Of a stretch of DNA of 64,000 nucleotides, positions 11,562-23,917 are shown piece by piece (the first letter of the stretch is position 1; each line of letters starts with the position of its first letter). The position numbers were made by a program, and so were the translations under genes. Origin of the DNA: Takakia lepidozioides (Eukaryota; Plantae; Bryophyta); NCBI GenBank assembly GCA_030704615.1, contig CM060731.1, positions 25,234,001 to 25,298,000 of the forward strand, read 5' to 3'. Below the pieces are notes generated by a model. That model worked only from the letters and a program-made list of their open reading frames with translations. It made no database searches and was not told the origin of the DNA.

Positions 11562-14500
11562 TCAGAAAAACCGGCAAAGGGGTTGCCCAAGCAGAGGTAG
11601 GATATGTAGAATTGTTAGATGCAAAAAGAGGGCATTCAGTATTAAAGGGGATGTGTGTAAATGAGGAGGCTCCAACTTCATCTTCTCTTCTGTTCTGTGG
11701 AATGTGCGCCATGAAACAATATCCGCACATGCACTCGTTGATGCTCCCATAGTGCCCACCTCACTGCCACAGACACCTTTCAATGTTGGCCAAGGCAGAG
11801 CTCTGGGTGAAGGAGCTCCGAGGGCGTTCCTTCCTCCAAAACCGAGCAAAGGGTTCGCATGCTGTACATGGGGTCTGGACGACACCATTCGTGTTACTGC
11901 AGGCACCATAACAGGCACATCGAAGCGTTTGTCAGAAGGATCCCTAATGCCCAAGGGGGCACATGCATGTGTAGCGTTGTTCATGCACTACAGGCAAGTG
12001 CACCTGTTCAGTCACAACCTCGCTTGAATGCAATTCGATTTCCATTTGAGTAAGAGCACCTAGTTCAGTGGCATTAATAACAAGGAGGGTAAGGTCTGTG
12101 GCGGCGGTGTCATGGTTACACAGACGACCGTCATGTACATGGTCGGGCATCATCGGCCCCGATGCGTTCATGTGCAAGCTTCCCTTCCACTCCAGGTGTG
12201 GGCTCAGCGTCTTGCAACAGCTTTGTTGGTGACCCGAACATCGGAGAAGTAGGCGTGACTGGAAGGGGCTGATTGTGAGCACGGTGCACGACACCACAAT
12301 CTACTTAATGAGAAGGCAAAGCCTGAGGGGGTGTTGTGACTTCACCATAATTGGAAGTCAAAACCATTCATTCGGGAATGATCGAGGTTGCGTCTAATAT
12401 CCCCCACCCGCTGCACATCAGCAATTGCAGCCATGTACGTAGCCTGCAATGCTTCATTCCCATGGTCCACATCACCTACAAAATGAACAAAACAAACAAT
12501 GAGTATAATGGCTCTATGTAAACAATGCATGGCATGATGATGCAAGGCAAATGCATTCAGGCAAAGATGGGAACAATATCACCTTCCGCGCTGAAAATCC
12601 AGCCCATGTCAATGTCTTCATGGTGTTTTAGGGTATTCTGGAAGTTCCCGATTTCTTCATGTCTCTCAGAAAGGATGCTTGTGTCAATACACCACAACGT
12701 GTCAAAACCCTTTGGATTGCAGATGGCAAAATCCCCCAAAGCTCTCCATCGAGTCATGTCTATGAATTCTTGCATATCCTTGTTCACACCATCTGCCCCG
12801 CTCGGGTCGGAATGCAACAAGTCCTCCACGCATTTGTTCGTCTCATGCATCAGATTAACTGGCAGGTATGCAAACAGGCAGGGACCAACCGACAAGAAAT
12901 TAGCTGACGCATGCTTGAGCATGGAATTGCCCTCTGGCGTTCCAACAAGTTGAACCATGACATCATGCAACCGTGTGTTTGTCGATGAAAAAACTGCATC
13001 AGTGCTACTGGCATATGACATCCAAATAGTCCTCAACACCTGCAAAATCAGCGGGCATTTCATAGGGGGCCCTGCCTTGCGGTACGATGTAAAGACTTCT
13101 CGTAGGAGCTTCGATTCGTCATCCGAGTGTTTGAAGAAAGTGGGTAGGATATCCCTTATGAACAATGGTGTAAAGAGGGGACCAACCCCACTGATGCACT
13201 TCATTTTCACGATGCCAATTGGCATCCCAGGCAGCCAACTGCTCTTGAACATACTGGTTTCTGATGGACTCCAACTCGGCTTGTCTTGTTTTTTTTTTAA
13301 ATTCAAAGCTTGAGAGGGCAGACTTGCATTCATGATAGGATGTAATGGCACTGCACTCATTGTAGACAGCTCCATAGTCAAAGGCAACGCCAGGCTTCTT
13401 TGCCCAGATAGCCATGGTCTTGAAGACATCGTCCTTCTCCTCCTCTGGTGTTGCATGCTGGTTTGCAGGGAAACAAATACAAACACATTAATATAAACCA
13501 CAACATTTCCAGCGATTATGTTGCATATTTGACCCCAAACATGAGCATGTGTGAGTGAAATGGAAAGGGAAATGAATATGTGCATGAAATATTGTAGTGT
13601 GAATTCACTTGTCGATTGATCCATCAATGGCCATATGCTGCAACCAAGTTACATTAAGCAAAGCCCTCCGCGTCAACAAGGTGCCTGAGGGACTGTTGGA
13701 ATTGAGGATTTTCCATGCTTGGGAAGGGTACATGAAGCAATCCGTAGTTGAGAAGGGTGTGAAGGCCAGGACACCGAACAGGTGCAGGTTTTTTTGGAAC
13801 CTCCATGGATGAAGTTAGAGATTTTGACTTGTTGGTAAAATATAAAATGGCGGAGGATCAGGAGCCCGTGCCCCACTGACCACTTTGTTGCTTGCTAACG
13901 ATTTGGATGCAAGCAACTTCCCTGCCTTTGAACCCCCGGTTGGAGCCCCTTTCCCAGAGTTTTCAGGAGGAAGATTACCTGATGGCAATTTTTTTCCATG
14001 GCCTACATGATGGGAGGAAAAACCCTTCCAAGTTTGCAAATGTAGAGCCCCCATGCGTTTCGGCGGTTCATCAAATGTGTCATCATCGGAGTCACCTGGA
14101 AGCTGACATGATGTGGAATGTGTCTGATAGGAAGCGTCGTCGGCGTCTGATGACAAGTCCTGGACTACCTGACTCTGCGACCTCATGGACCTCCTTCCCG
14201 ATTTCCGCTGGAGATGCTCCATTTCTTGGGACACGTCCGCCTGGGAGGCCTGGCCCTTCTTCCTATTTGTGGTTTTGCGAGGTGGCATATGTCCATGGCG
14301 CCTGAGGACATCTTCCATAATACCCTTCTGGCTTGGTTAAAAAACAGGGTACATTTTGAGGACACCTTCATCTTCCCCATGCTTCATACAACCATCCATC
14401 GTATGCAAGTTCAGTTCTTTTTATCGGCAAAAAACAGATCACAGTGTATGCATCTGTATTGTCGTCTATTAGACGCACCAGGTTCATGGACCCTTGCTCT

Positions 14501-14636
14501 CGTGTAGGCCTCGCATATGAGGGACTTGTATTCATCAGTATCATATGTCTCACGGTATTCCCTCCGGTTCTCTATCATTCTGCTCTCCTTCATCATGAAT
14601 GCGCAGTCTCCCAACAATTGCAGCGCCAGCGTACAA
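11562..14636 (-). pseudogene. MULE-1 accessory gene: N-terminal C2HC zinc finger, K/S-rich linker, long C-terminal region of unknown function
   Basis: Chain of minus-strand ORFs (14411-14617, 13815-14318, 12557-13627, 11944-12297, 11562-11984). Repairing a 1-bp frameshift at ~14413 gives YRCIHCDLFFADKKELNLHTMDGC, homologous to the MULE-2 ORF at 56503-57207. Confidence 0.6.
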
Positions 14637-15664
14637 ACCTACACAAACAATGCCTAGCATAAATCCACAGCAACGACACTTTTTTGAACCCTGAAATTGC
14701 ATGCATGGGCATTCAACCCCCTAAAACCTCTAACAATGGAGTGCATGAGCCTAAACCCTAAACCCTAAACACCAAAACAAAATGAAATGACTTCAGATAA
14801 TATGAAATATCTCCGTATGGAGAGTGTTCATGGCCGCATATGTGCACATCCCTGCAGCTCACAACTAAACTATGGAAACAACACTTTATCCGGGTCTGCT
14901 CTTTCAAATACCAAGCAAATGAAACATGCAATAAGTTGCCCTCACCTACAATTTTTGTAACACACAAAAGTAACAAGCGTCTTATCCTAAACTCCATATG
15001 AAACAAAGTGTTCACCTCAGCTTCATGTCAATGTTTGCATGAAGTGCCCATAAGTACCAGACAGCCCCACTTTTGCAGTTTCCTAAGTACCGTAGTGAGA
15101 AAACGATACAGGAACGCGGGTAGTGTGCATTAAGGCTAGCACACACGTACTTCTCTAGTTCACTCATTTTCCACTGCTATTGCCCTGATTGATCTGTTCC
15201 CTCATTTTCAGTATCTGTACTTCTGGAATGTCCCACATTTCTGAACCTATGCATACAGTATATGTGAAAGTACCCACAAAGAAGGGAACCTGCGAAGATG
15301 ATTGGGTTTCGGATGCTCGATGCAGAACTCACTCACTTGCAAGGTAAATCATGGGAGAAGAGCACAATGACAATCCGGATAACACAGAAGAGCAAGATTG
15401 AGGTTGTGGAGCGATAATAAGGACCTGCACGCAATTCAGATTTGGAGCGGAAGCGGTGCAACCATTGAAGACGGCCACAACATCCTGCTTCGTATGCCGA
15501 TTCTCCATTCCTATCCACAAACTCGACCTGCATGACGGGACGCGGTACGCCAACACCATCAAGCGCAACGATAGCGACATTTCGTGATGCCTGCCAACAA
15601 TGCAACGTCCTGTCTCATCTGGTACGTCTATTCCACCTACCCTCATCATTTTACATGCAATGCC

Positions 15665-15924
15665 ATACCATGTATGCAATGGACGCAAGCATGTGGCATG
15701 GGGAGGATGAAGGCATGCAGGGGGGATGGGGGACGATGCCATGCATGAGGTGAGGATGGGAGGCGGGATGGGGATGGATGAGAGGACATGTGTCATGTCC
15801 TGGTAGAGGGTACATGAGGCGCGGGAGGGGCTGCCGCACGGTATGCGGGCGATGGACGCGGGTGTGGGCGGGGGGTCCACGCTGGCTGAACCGGCCCCCT
15901 CGCATTGAACTCCAGGGCCATCTA
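15665..15924 (-). repeat. MULE-1 right TIR
   Basis: Inverted copy of 3301-3569. Confidence 0.9.
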
Positions 15925-16543
15925 TTATTTGGCATCAGAAATATGGAGGGAATCCTAGTTCATGTGTGGTTATGTAACTCAATGCAAGGAATCAAAGTGC
16001 ATATGGGCAAATTGCCACCTCAAATCTTGCATGAGAAATTTGACTTTTCCGTTTATTGTCAATGTAGGATGCAGATAGAATCAGAATAGATGTCGGAGTT
16101 GGCAATACTGGTTGGAACTTACACTCCACCGATATCTAACATTACATTTCTTTGTGATTCGTGTCTCTACTTGGAAAATAAAAAAATGGGATCGATTTAG
16201 AAAATGGTACCTTATACTATTATTGGGAGAACAATGTATAAATTGGAATTTTGGAATAAATGCAATTTGTTTATTTATTTATTTTTAATTTGGGCAAAGA
16301 CAAGACAAGACGGATTGTTACTCTGATCGTAACACTAGTTCCTACAATTATTGGAAGGTTGCAATCATGCGGACATCTGTGGCTGCCGGACGGAAAATAT
16401 TATTGGTTGGTTAGTGGTGGCGTACTCTCTTTCAAGATGCACTTGAAATGTTTGTGAGATTGTGGGAAAACTTGTTGTTTCCAGTTCAATGCCATGGGTT
16501 CCAATTTTAGTTTAGCATGCTCATTTTGAAAAATAAACCAACA

Positions 16544-16767
16544 GTCAGTAGCTCAGTTGGTTAAGTGCACTGAGTGCTACCCAGACGATTCTGGGATCAA
16601 ATCTTGCTACTGACGGGTGTGGTATGGTTCTTGGGTGGTGCCCCATTCCTACGCCTCATGGAGGGTTACTGTGAAAGAGGTTATTTTCTCCTCTCACTAC
16701 CAAGGGGCCTGATTTGTGAGCGCCTGTCGCTCCCAGGTGTTTCCCTTTTCAAAAAATAAATAAATAA
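16544..16767 (+). mobile_element. tRNA-derived SINE
   Basis: A-box TAGCTCAGTTGG, B-box-like GGGATCAAATC, ~150-bp body, tail AAAAAATAAATAAATAA. Confidence 0.65.
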
Positions 16768-17364
16768 TGAATTGATTTTGTAGGGCCAATCATATTGCAC
16801 TAGCTTTCCATATTGGACGGTTTCTGGATTGTATTTGGGTAGCTATGGAATATGTAATGAAGTGGATGGAGGCTCTGGATTGTACGCGAATCAATACGAC
16901 GTCAATGAGTTACATTTTGAAATATTGACCAAGACGATGATGGGTGTAGGGTCTAATTAGGAAACAAAATCATTTGGAACACTATGGGCCTATAAATTAC
17001 AATGGTGCATTTCCAATTTGGTTTATGGTCAGGAACAGTCTTACTTATTGAACGAGAGTTACTATACTCACAAAAGAGACATTGAAGAGTCAGCCGCCAT
17101 GGCCCTACGCACAAAATAGACCTACGTCACAAAATAGAGACATGCTTGGACAAAGGGAAAGAGACCCCATATGGGACTCAACCTTATTTTTAAGCTGCTC
17201 TTACCAGGGTGGCAGGGTATGGTGGGGTTCATAGCCCTAGTCATACTCGAACAGACAGATTATTAAACGTAATAGCTATGTAAGTGGTACCTGCGGGGGC
17301 GGGTCTTTGACCCTTAGGTTGATGACCGGGTTGATACTCGAGAAAAATACGATACATTGGACAT

Positions 17365-18963
17365 TGCCAACAACTTCATTTTTGATATATTCCTCATCCA
17401 ACTCGAAATTCTTCAGATAAAGTCGTGCCAACAGAATGCCTTTGTAATAGGTTGTGAACGATACACAACCCACAGCAACATAGCAATATCAATGTTAAAC
17501 ACACAGGAATGTCCCCGCACTGAATAGCACAATCCACAATCCATAACTAGTTTAGAAGCACGCCACCAATGCCATCACTTTCCATAAGCTAATTGTAAGC
17601 AAAGAGGTCAGCTACAGTGTTGGACTGGTATCACGAAAATATGATACCAGACTGGTCCTGTTATCCCAAGGGCCCACATTTCCCAGTATTGGTATGATCC
17701 TGGTATTATTTGGGGGTAAAGGGGCCGGGTAGGGATAAGAGGGGTATCAATAGCGTAAAATTGTGGATGTATACCAGTAGGGTATCAATATTTGTTTTTT
17801 CCATCTCATATGGGGGGATATGAATATTAGTATATTCAAGAAAATATTCAATAACCTGAGAACCTCACTGGCTAGTTGCCTGCTCATGCTGTGCTCACAT
17901 GATACCAACCCCCTCCCAGCAAGCCCCTGGAATCCTAGGGGGTAACAAACCCACACAAGACCCCAAATTATTAAAAAAAATCAAGAATGCCTTACAAGCT
18001 CAGGAGTGCTTTCAGAGAAGCTATTCAGAAAAAACCTATGAGATATATATCAAAGACATGTTCTAGCACAAACACTTGCGTCTCCTAAAGTCCCAAGGGG
18101 CACATTTGTATGATTATATTTCTCCATGCACACAAGTAGGATAACTTTGGAAGATACAAATTGTATAATTAACCAGTAGTTAGGTGTATTGTACTTGTTC
18201 TTGTCTTGGGTTTGCCGGATGTTGGTAGTTGGTGAGCATCAGCCCTTTTTTCCTTTATGCCTAGGCGTGGATGTGGCGAATTGTTTTTGGGATTAAGTGC
18301 AAAGCTGACAGTACAATGTCCACTTGGATCCTACCTGGCTGGTCTGCAATATAGTGTGCAATATGGCGATTTCTTCACCTAGGGACATAGGGACATGGGA
18401 CATCCGTGCATGGGCCCGCTGCCTGGCTCACACGTGAGCCTTAAACTCCCAATTATTCAATAATGAGAAGCTTAATTTATAGAGAAAAACATTTGTTTTT
18501 GTATTTGGTTTGGGTTGGAGTTTGGCTCGGGATTAGGTTTGGCGTCATGTATTTTTCCAGCGAACCACCTGTCGCTGCAGGGTCTGAGGGTGGGGGAGTT
18601 GGAGGAGTTGGCTGGCGGCAGTTAGCAAAAGAGAGTTAGCAGGAGAGAGGCATAGCCAAGAGAGAGGGCCTACCACAACTATGCAACGTAAGGGACTGCT
18701 ATCCAACGGTGCTACAATGAAGATGATGGTGTAAAGGGTCTCCAACAACTATATATTTATTCATTTCTGTATACATGGATGTTATGTGACGTAGGTTATA
18801 AGTAGGTGTTCATTCGAGGTGATTTTTCTGCTTCAAATTACTTCCACGATGCACTTTGGTCTGCTCGATTTCGACGTTCCATGGCTATGGATTGATATAA
18901 AGAAACTCCTGGCCGGCGTTTGTAATTCACCTGGAACCGTTTCAAGGATGCCTTGACGAAGGT
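17365..18963 (-). pseudogene. RPL5: Decayed genomic (intron-containing) copy of 60S ribosomal protein L5
   Basis: Exon-2-like TFVKASLKRFQVNYKRRPG (18906-18963), exon-3-like [17 protein letters not shown] followed by GTATCT (~18153-18210), exon-5-like YYKGILLARLYLKNFELDEEYIKNEV (~17370-17450). Flanking intron sequence also resembles the RPL5 intron. Confidence 0.85.
17615..17800 (+). mobile_element. Left end of hAT-type element (same family as 45112-60204) inside the RPL5 pseudogene
   Basis: CAGTGTTGGACTGGTATC followed by GGTAT/ATACC subterminal motifs; partner end not found. Confidence 0.55.
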
Positions 18964-20772
18964 CTGAACATCCACACCAACAAAATCCCTATAAAACTTG
19001 CTTGCAAATATATTCCTACAACACTGATGCTGCTCTCACTTCAACCAGAACTGAAGTTCTTCAACATCCAGGAAATCTGTATGTGTGTGCAGGGGCTTTC
19101 CAGCACATCTCCCATGCTTCGGCCACCCATCAGATCAAAACCAGGGGTACAATGAGACGTGCAGCTCACCATCGCTACCGTGACACTCCCTCATCCGCTC
19201 CGATAAAAGAACAAGTTTTGGAAGCTGATTAGGGCCTTTAGATAGGGCTTAAGATGCCTCCGTCACCAGGAGGAATGAAGTCAATGTGTCTGGTGCAGCA
19301 CTTACAGCTGGCGAACTGTGGTCTTTTTCAGTATAAAGTCCGTTGCTTATATTATTGCTGCTCCACAGGCACCTCTTTTCTTTGCATCTTGCAATGACGC
19401 TGTCAGCGGGTGCACATGGTGGCACGATGGACCTCACACGCCTAGTGACATTATACATGGAGACAATTCTGGATCACCTCGCTCTTGCGTAATCAGTTGT
19501 TGTGCAGCAAGTGGGAATCCTTCTTCGCCTCCCCTTACTTTATTGCGCGAGTATAAGGAGGAGGAAGGAGGACCCCCCCAAATGTATGAGAGAGAGTCCT
19601 ACATCCTATTTACATTACACAAACACCAGAATACGAAGCAAAGGTGTTTTGCTGAATATGATTTTGCTAAAGCAAGCTGGGTGAGAGGTCGTTCCTTTGG
19701 CGTTATGTAGGAAAGGACAGCAATTTGTGTGTCATGAGGAGAACCACCCCCAAAAGACTGGCCGACAATGTACCAAACTCGCAACTACAGTTGCAGCGAT
19801 GGGTGGTTGGAGGATATAAGAGCCTCAATTATACAAACGGTGATGAATGCGGATCTATGACCGCTTGCCACAAAGGTACTTGCAGTTTAGTTGGCATGTA
19901 CACCCACTCACCTTGAAATAACAGTGGGTGAGGTGGGTTCCATCTACACACTCACCTATTAGTATCTGGCTGTTGACCAAGCGGTTTAAAATAGTGGATG
20001 GAGAATTCCTAAGTAAGAGTGTAGATGGAGAAACACTCTTACATATCTTTGGTGTCTGGGTTATCCCTTACATCGGTAATTCCTTCACACTCTGTTTATG
20101 CTGAGTCACATGGGCCAGACTGACCTAACATACACCTACTAAGGGTGCCTTTCTCCCATCTACACTCATTTTGAGCTCAATGCTTAAAATTCAGGATAAC
20201 AGCTAAGGAAATACTGGGCGAAGGGTTTCCAGTAATGTTGTGTCCAGTATTTATGTATGAGTTCTTGGAACCCTCCTCACCTACTTTGAATACACTTACT
20301 ATACAGGATGGAATCAGGGTGAGTAGGCATAGATGAAAAGAGAACAAGATAGATTCCATGGATCCACTCTGCGCCCAATGATCTTGAGCTGTGGAAGACA
20401 AGTTCCATCACTAAAAGTTCAGAGCGCCCTTCGCTAGAGACTGTTGGCAGGGCGGTAAAGTGGAAATCACACCCCCGGGATATTGAAGGAAGTCAGAAAC
20501 GAAGTATAAAAAGAGTGGTGGTCATTAAGAGGGTGGGTGGCCGCGCGGTCTCTCTTTTTAGTTCCTATATGCAGTCGACCACTGGACTTCCCGTGTCGTC
20601 ACTTGAAACTTGCTGTTCCGGCTTGTTGATTCAGGGGAGCTGGGCACGGCTGTGGCCTGCATGTCGGTTTGACTCCTTAGAAAGGAAAACTGTCTCCATT
20701 GTAGTGGCAGGTTTGCCTATCTAGTAGTTCTGTCAGTGTGTGTGTCTGAGAGAGAGAGGTAGAGCGAGGGAG

Positions 20773-23700
20773 ATGGGGGGGATGGGGGTGGCAGGGGTGA
20801 GGCATGCGATTGAGGAGGCTGGAGTGCCGCATGTAGTGCTATTGGTGCTTGCAGCTATTGGATTTTTGGATTTGTTTCATTTGACGGTGTTGCTGCTCCG
20901 ATGGACTTGGGTCACTTTTCTGAGATCCAGGAAGCGTCTATCCAGGTAATCAATACATCCAGGACTCATCAAAAGTGGAGCTTTGATTGTTTTGTCTTCG
21001 CGAATGAGAGAAACAGGAAAAATCTGAAGATGAAGTTTGCTTATGATATCAGCTTATTTTCTTTGCATGGATAATAGCTGGAGTTCTATTCTTTGGAGGA
21101 ACCTATTGCATCGTGTGGTATGTCAGCATATTGAGCTTGTCTTGGCAAATGGAGTGCCTCTGCCACTAACTGACCTCTCTTAGAACGAAAACGGGTCTGG
21201 TGCTGATACTGCATTGCCTTTATGTACGATAGAAATAGAGAGAGAAGGTACTCTATTGACCTGTGCATGTCATAGTCCCTGCTAGGCTCTGAAGCTAGGC
21301 TTGTGGTAAAACTCCACCAGGTAGCTGCTCGTTTCACAATGTTTATGTGCCTTGCGGAGCACACTTATGGCATTGCAGTTACAGGGGTAATTGTGTAAAT
21401 GCTATCACTGACAACTCACTGGAAATGGCGAGACTGAGTGCAGGTATGGATCTTGGGCAGTTGTGACTGGTGCAACTGATGGGATTGGCCAGGCAATCAC
21501 AGTGCAATTGGCCTTGGAGAAAATCAATGTGGTCATTGTGGGACGCTCAGAGTCCAAGCTGCAAGAGTTTGCAAAGGAGCTGGAGGCCAAATACAGCATT
21601 AAGGTCTGTCCTTAGCTCAGGACTTTCTCTCTACCTAGCCCACAGAAGCTCTATGGCAAATAATGTGAGACTTTGTTAGTAACGTTGGAGTGCTTGCCTG
21701 ATGGATCAATGTTCCATCAGTTCTGCTGTGTACTCTCTTTGCATTGCCGCCAGAAGTGCACCAGTACTGAAACATTTAGAGGGCTACTTAGCAGTCTTCT
21801 ATCAACACATCTTGACATGCCTGTATGGCTTATGCGGCAGAGAGTAGACCCGGCATGCCATTCATCAGTGCAGGATCAATGGCAAGCTCTCAAGCCTAAA
21901 TTGAACAGATTGCAGCATAATTATACCACTATGGACCTCCCCGGTTAAGGGAAATCCACCGTGAAGAGTGTTGAGGAGTTGGAGGTTTGGCCTATCTTCA
22001 AGCTACAATCACAGTTAGAGCGTCTTTTGTATTGAAGAGGTATTTTCATTTCTTCAGTAGCTGAAATACGGATGGTGCAGGTGCGATCTGTAGTGGTGGA
22101 TTTCACAGATGCAGATTTGAATGCTGGAATATTGCGCATTGAGCAGACAACAACAGACCTGGAAGTGGGCATTTTGGTCAACAATGTGGGGATGTCATAC
22201 CCATTTGCCCGCTTTTTCCATGAGGTTGATGCAGAGCTGACCAGGAATCTATTGCGGGTAAATGTGGAAGTTACCACACGCATGATACAGCTGCTGCTCC
22301 CATCCATGTTGAAGCGAAGACGGGGGGCTATCATCAATGTGGGCTCAGGGGCGGCATCAGTGTTACCCTCCGACCCTCTGTACTCTCTCTATGCTGCCAC
22401 TAAAGCGTACATTCTCAACCTACTTCTCCCACCTCCCAGCCAATTCTATTCAGTCTTTTTTTGTTAGCAATCTTGTGGAGTGGCAGTCTCCAGCCTCAGA
22501 TCTTGTGCAGTGGCCCTTATGGAGCAACGTGTTTTGGCCTTTTGTCTTAGAGCCAGAATTAATATACAAACGGTACCCCAGTTGATCTAGAATAAAATGT
22601 GACCTGTGTCTGTAGCTGTGCTTAATGTAGTCTTTAGTTCTCTCCAGGAGAAACTGCAAGATAGTTTGTCGCCAGGCTGTGGCACGTTCTAGTGAGATGT
22701 TCTCCTTTCTCTGCTACTTCTCCCACCTCCCACCCTTAGCTAGCAGCTTACTTGGGGTTGCCGCATAAGTGCACCCGCACCTAAAAGTGCTACATTGCCT
22801 ATGGACAGCCTCAACTGGATATCATTATGAGCAACCCATGTCCAGAAGGTCCAGCTCCACTAAAAGCATGTGCAATTTCTAGAGTAGGGGCATTTCTTTA
22901 CATGACCTGTTACAAAGTGTATGAGCTCTTGTAGGTGCTGTGCATAGTTCCTTGGTTTGCTCCCCAGACATGAAGTCCGGCCAGCCCATGATGCATTTTC
23001 ATTGTTGGTGTCTGTTTGCTCTATGGTCTTTATGTAACTATTGGGAGCAGGGTGTTTGAACAAACTGTTGGCTGAGGTCTGAGATATGCTCAACCTTGGC
23101 AGGTTTCTGAGCAGCTGTCCTCGTGGCATTGAACAATTTGGGCGGTATGGATGACAGATATGTGGATCAGCTTTCACGTTCACTATATGTGGAGTACAAG
23201 CATAGTGGCATTGACGTGCAGTGCCAGGTATTCCTCTCACATCTCTCTTCATTTTGGGTTCTGAATGCATTGAATATCTTAGGTGGGCTTTTTCTAACAG
23301 CGGCTTACAGTTGTGACTCGGTCATTTGTCAATTTTCACTTGACTTTTGGAAGCTTCCAGGTGCAAAAGCACAGTATGTACTCACTAAAGGATGCAGTCT
23401 TTGTGCTGGTGAAAGGAATACGCAGTTTGGCAGCCTCATGAATATCGATTCTATAGAAACTTGCTGGTTTAAAAACATTTTATTGAACCAAAAATCTCCC
23501 AATTCAGAATCATCCTTAATCTATGGTGGATTGGTGGTTGCTAGTCCCTAATTTGAATGTGACCAAGGAACCAAATTTGAGGACATTTCCCTTAGTAGTA
23601 AGGATCTAGCAAATTTGAACAACTGTAACTGAGCTGCGGGGTGTGCTTCTGCATCACAGGTTCCCTTGTATGTGGCCACCAAAATGGCAAAGATCCGTAA

Positions 23701-23917
23701 GGCTTCCCTTGCAGTTCCATCAGCCAACACATATGCGAGGTCTGCGGTGCAGTGGATTGGATATGAACCACGCTGCACACCCTACTGGGTGCATTCGGTG
23801 ATATGGTGGCTGATTTCGAAGGCGCCAGAGCCCATTGTTGACACAATTCGTCTCCGCAGCTCCCTGGATGTGCGCAGGCGTGGCCAAGCCAAGGATTCTC
23901 GCAGCAAGAAAGAGTAA
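20773..23917 (+). CDS. KCR1: Very-long-chain 3-oxoacyl-CoA reductase (SDR family); exons 20773-20945, 21444-21603, 22081-22406, 23158-23227, 23660-23917
   Basis: N-terminal TM segment, YGSWAVVTGATDGIG, LVNNVGMSYPFARFFHEVD, catalytic YAATKAY, GIDVQCQVPLYVATKM, C-terminal KDSRSKKE; all GT-AG junctions keep frame. Confidence 0.93.

Larger units (their letters stand above)
3301..15924 (+). mobile_element. MULE-1: large Mutator-like DNA transposon with ~265-bp TIRs (degenerate)
   Basis: 3301-3569 (TAGATGGGGCCTGGAGTTCAATGTGAGGGAGCCGGTTCAGCCAGCGTGGACCCCC...CATACATGGTAT) is an inverted near-copy of 15665-15924. It encloses a MULE/SWIM transposase and a convergent accessory gene. No TSD found, so exact ends are uncertain. 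Confidence 0.85.

Noticed and set aside
14752-14770. Interstitial telomere repeat
   Set aside because: Only about two TAAACCC units; more likely a telo-box or chance
16544-16620. Functional tRNA genes (also ~9145, 29530, 42939)
   Set aside because: A/B boxes are present but the cloverleaf and anticodon arms are degenerate; treated as SINE-like heads
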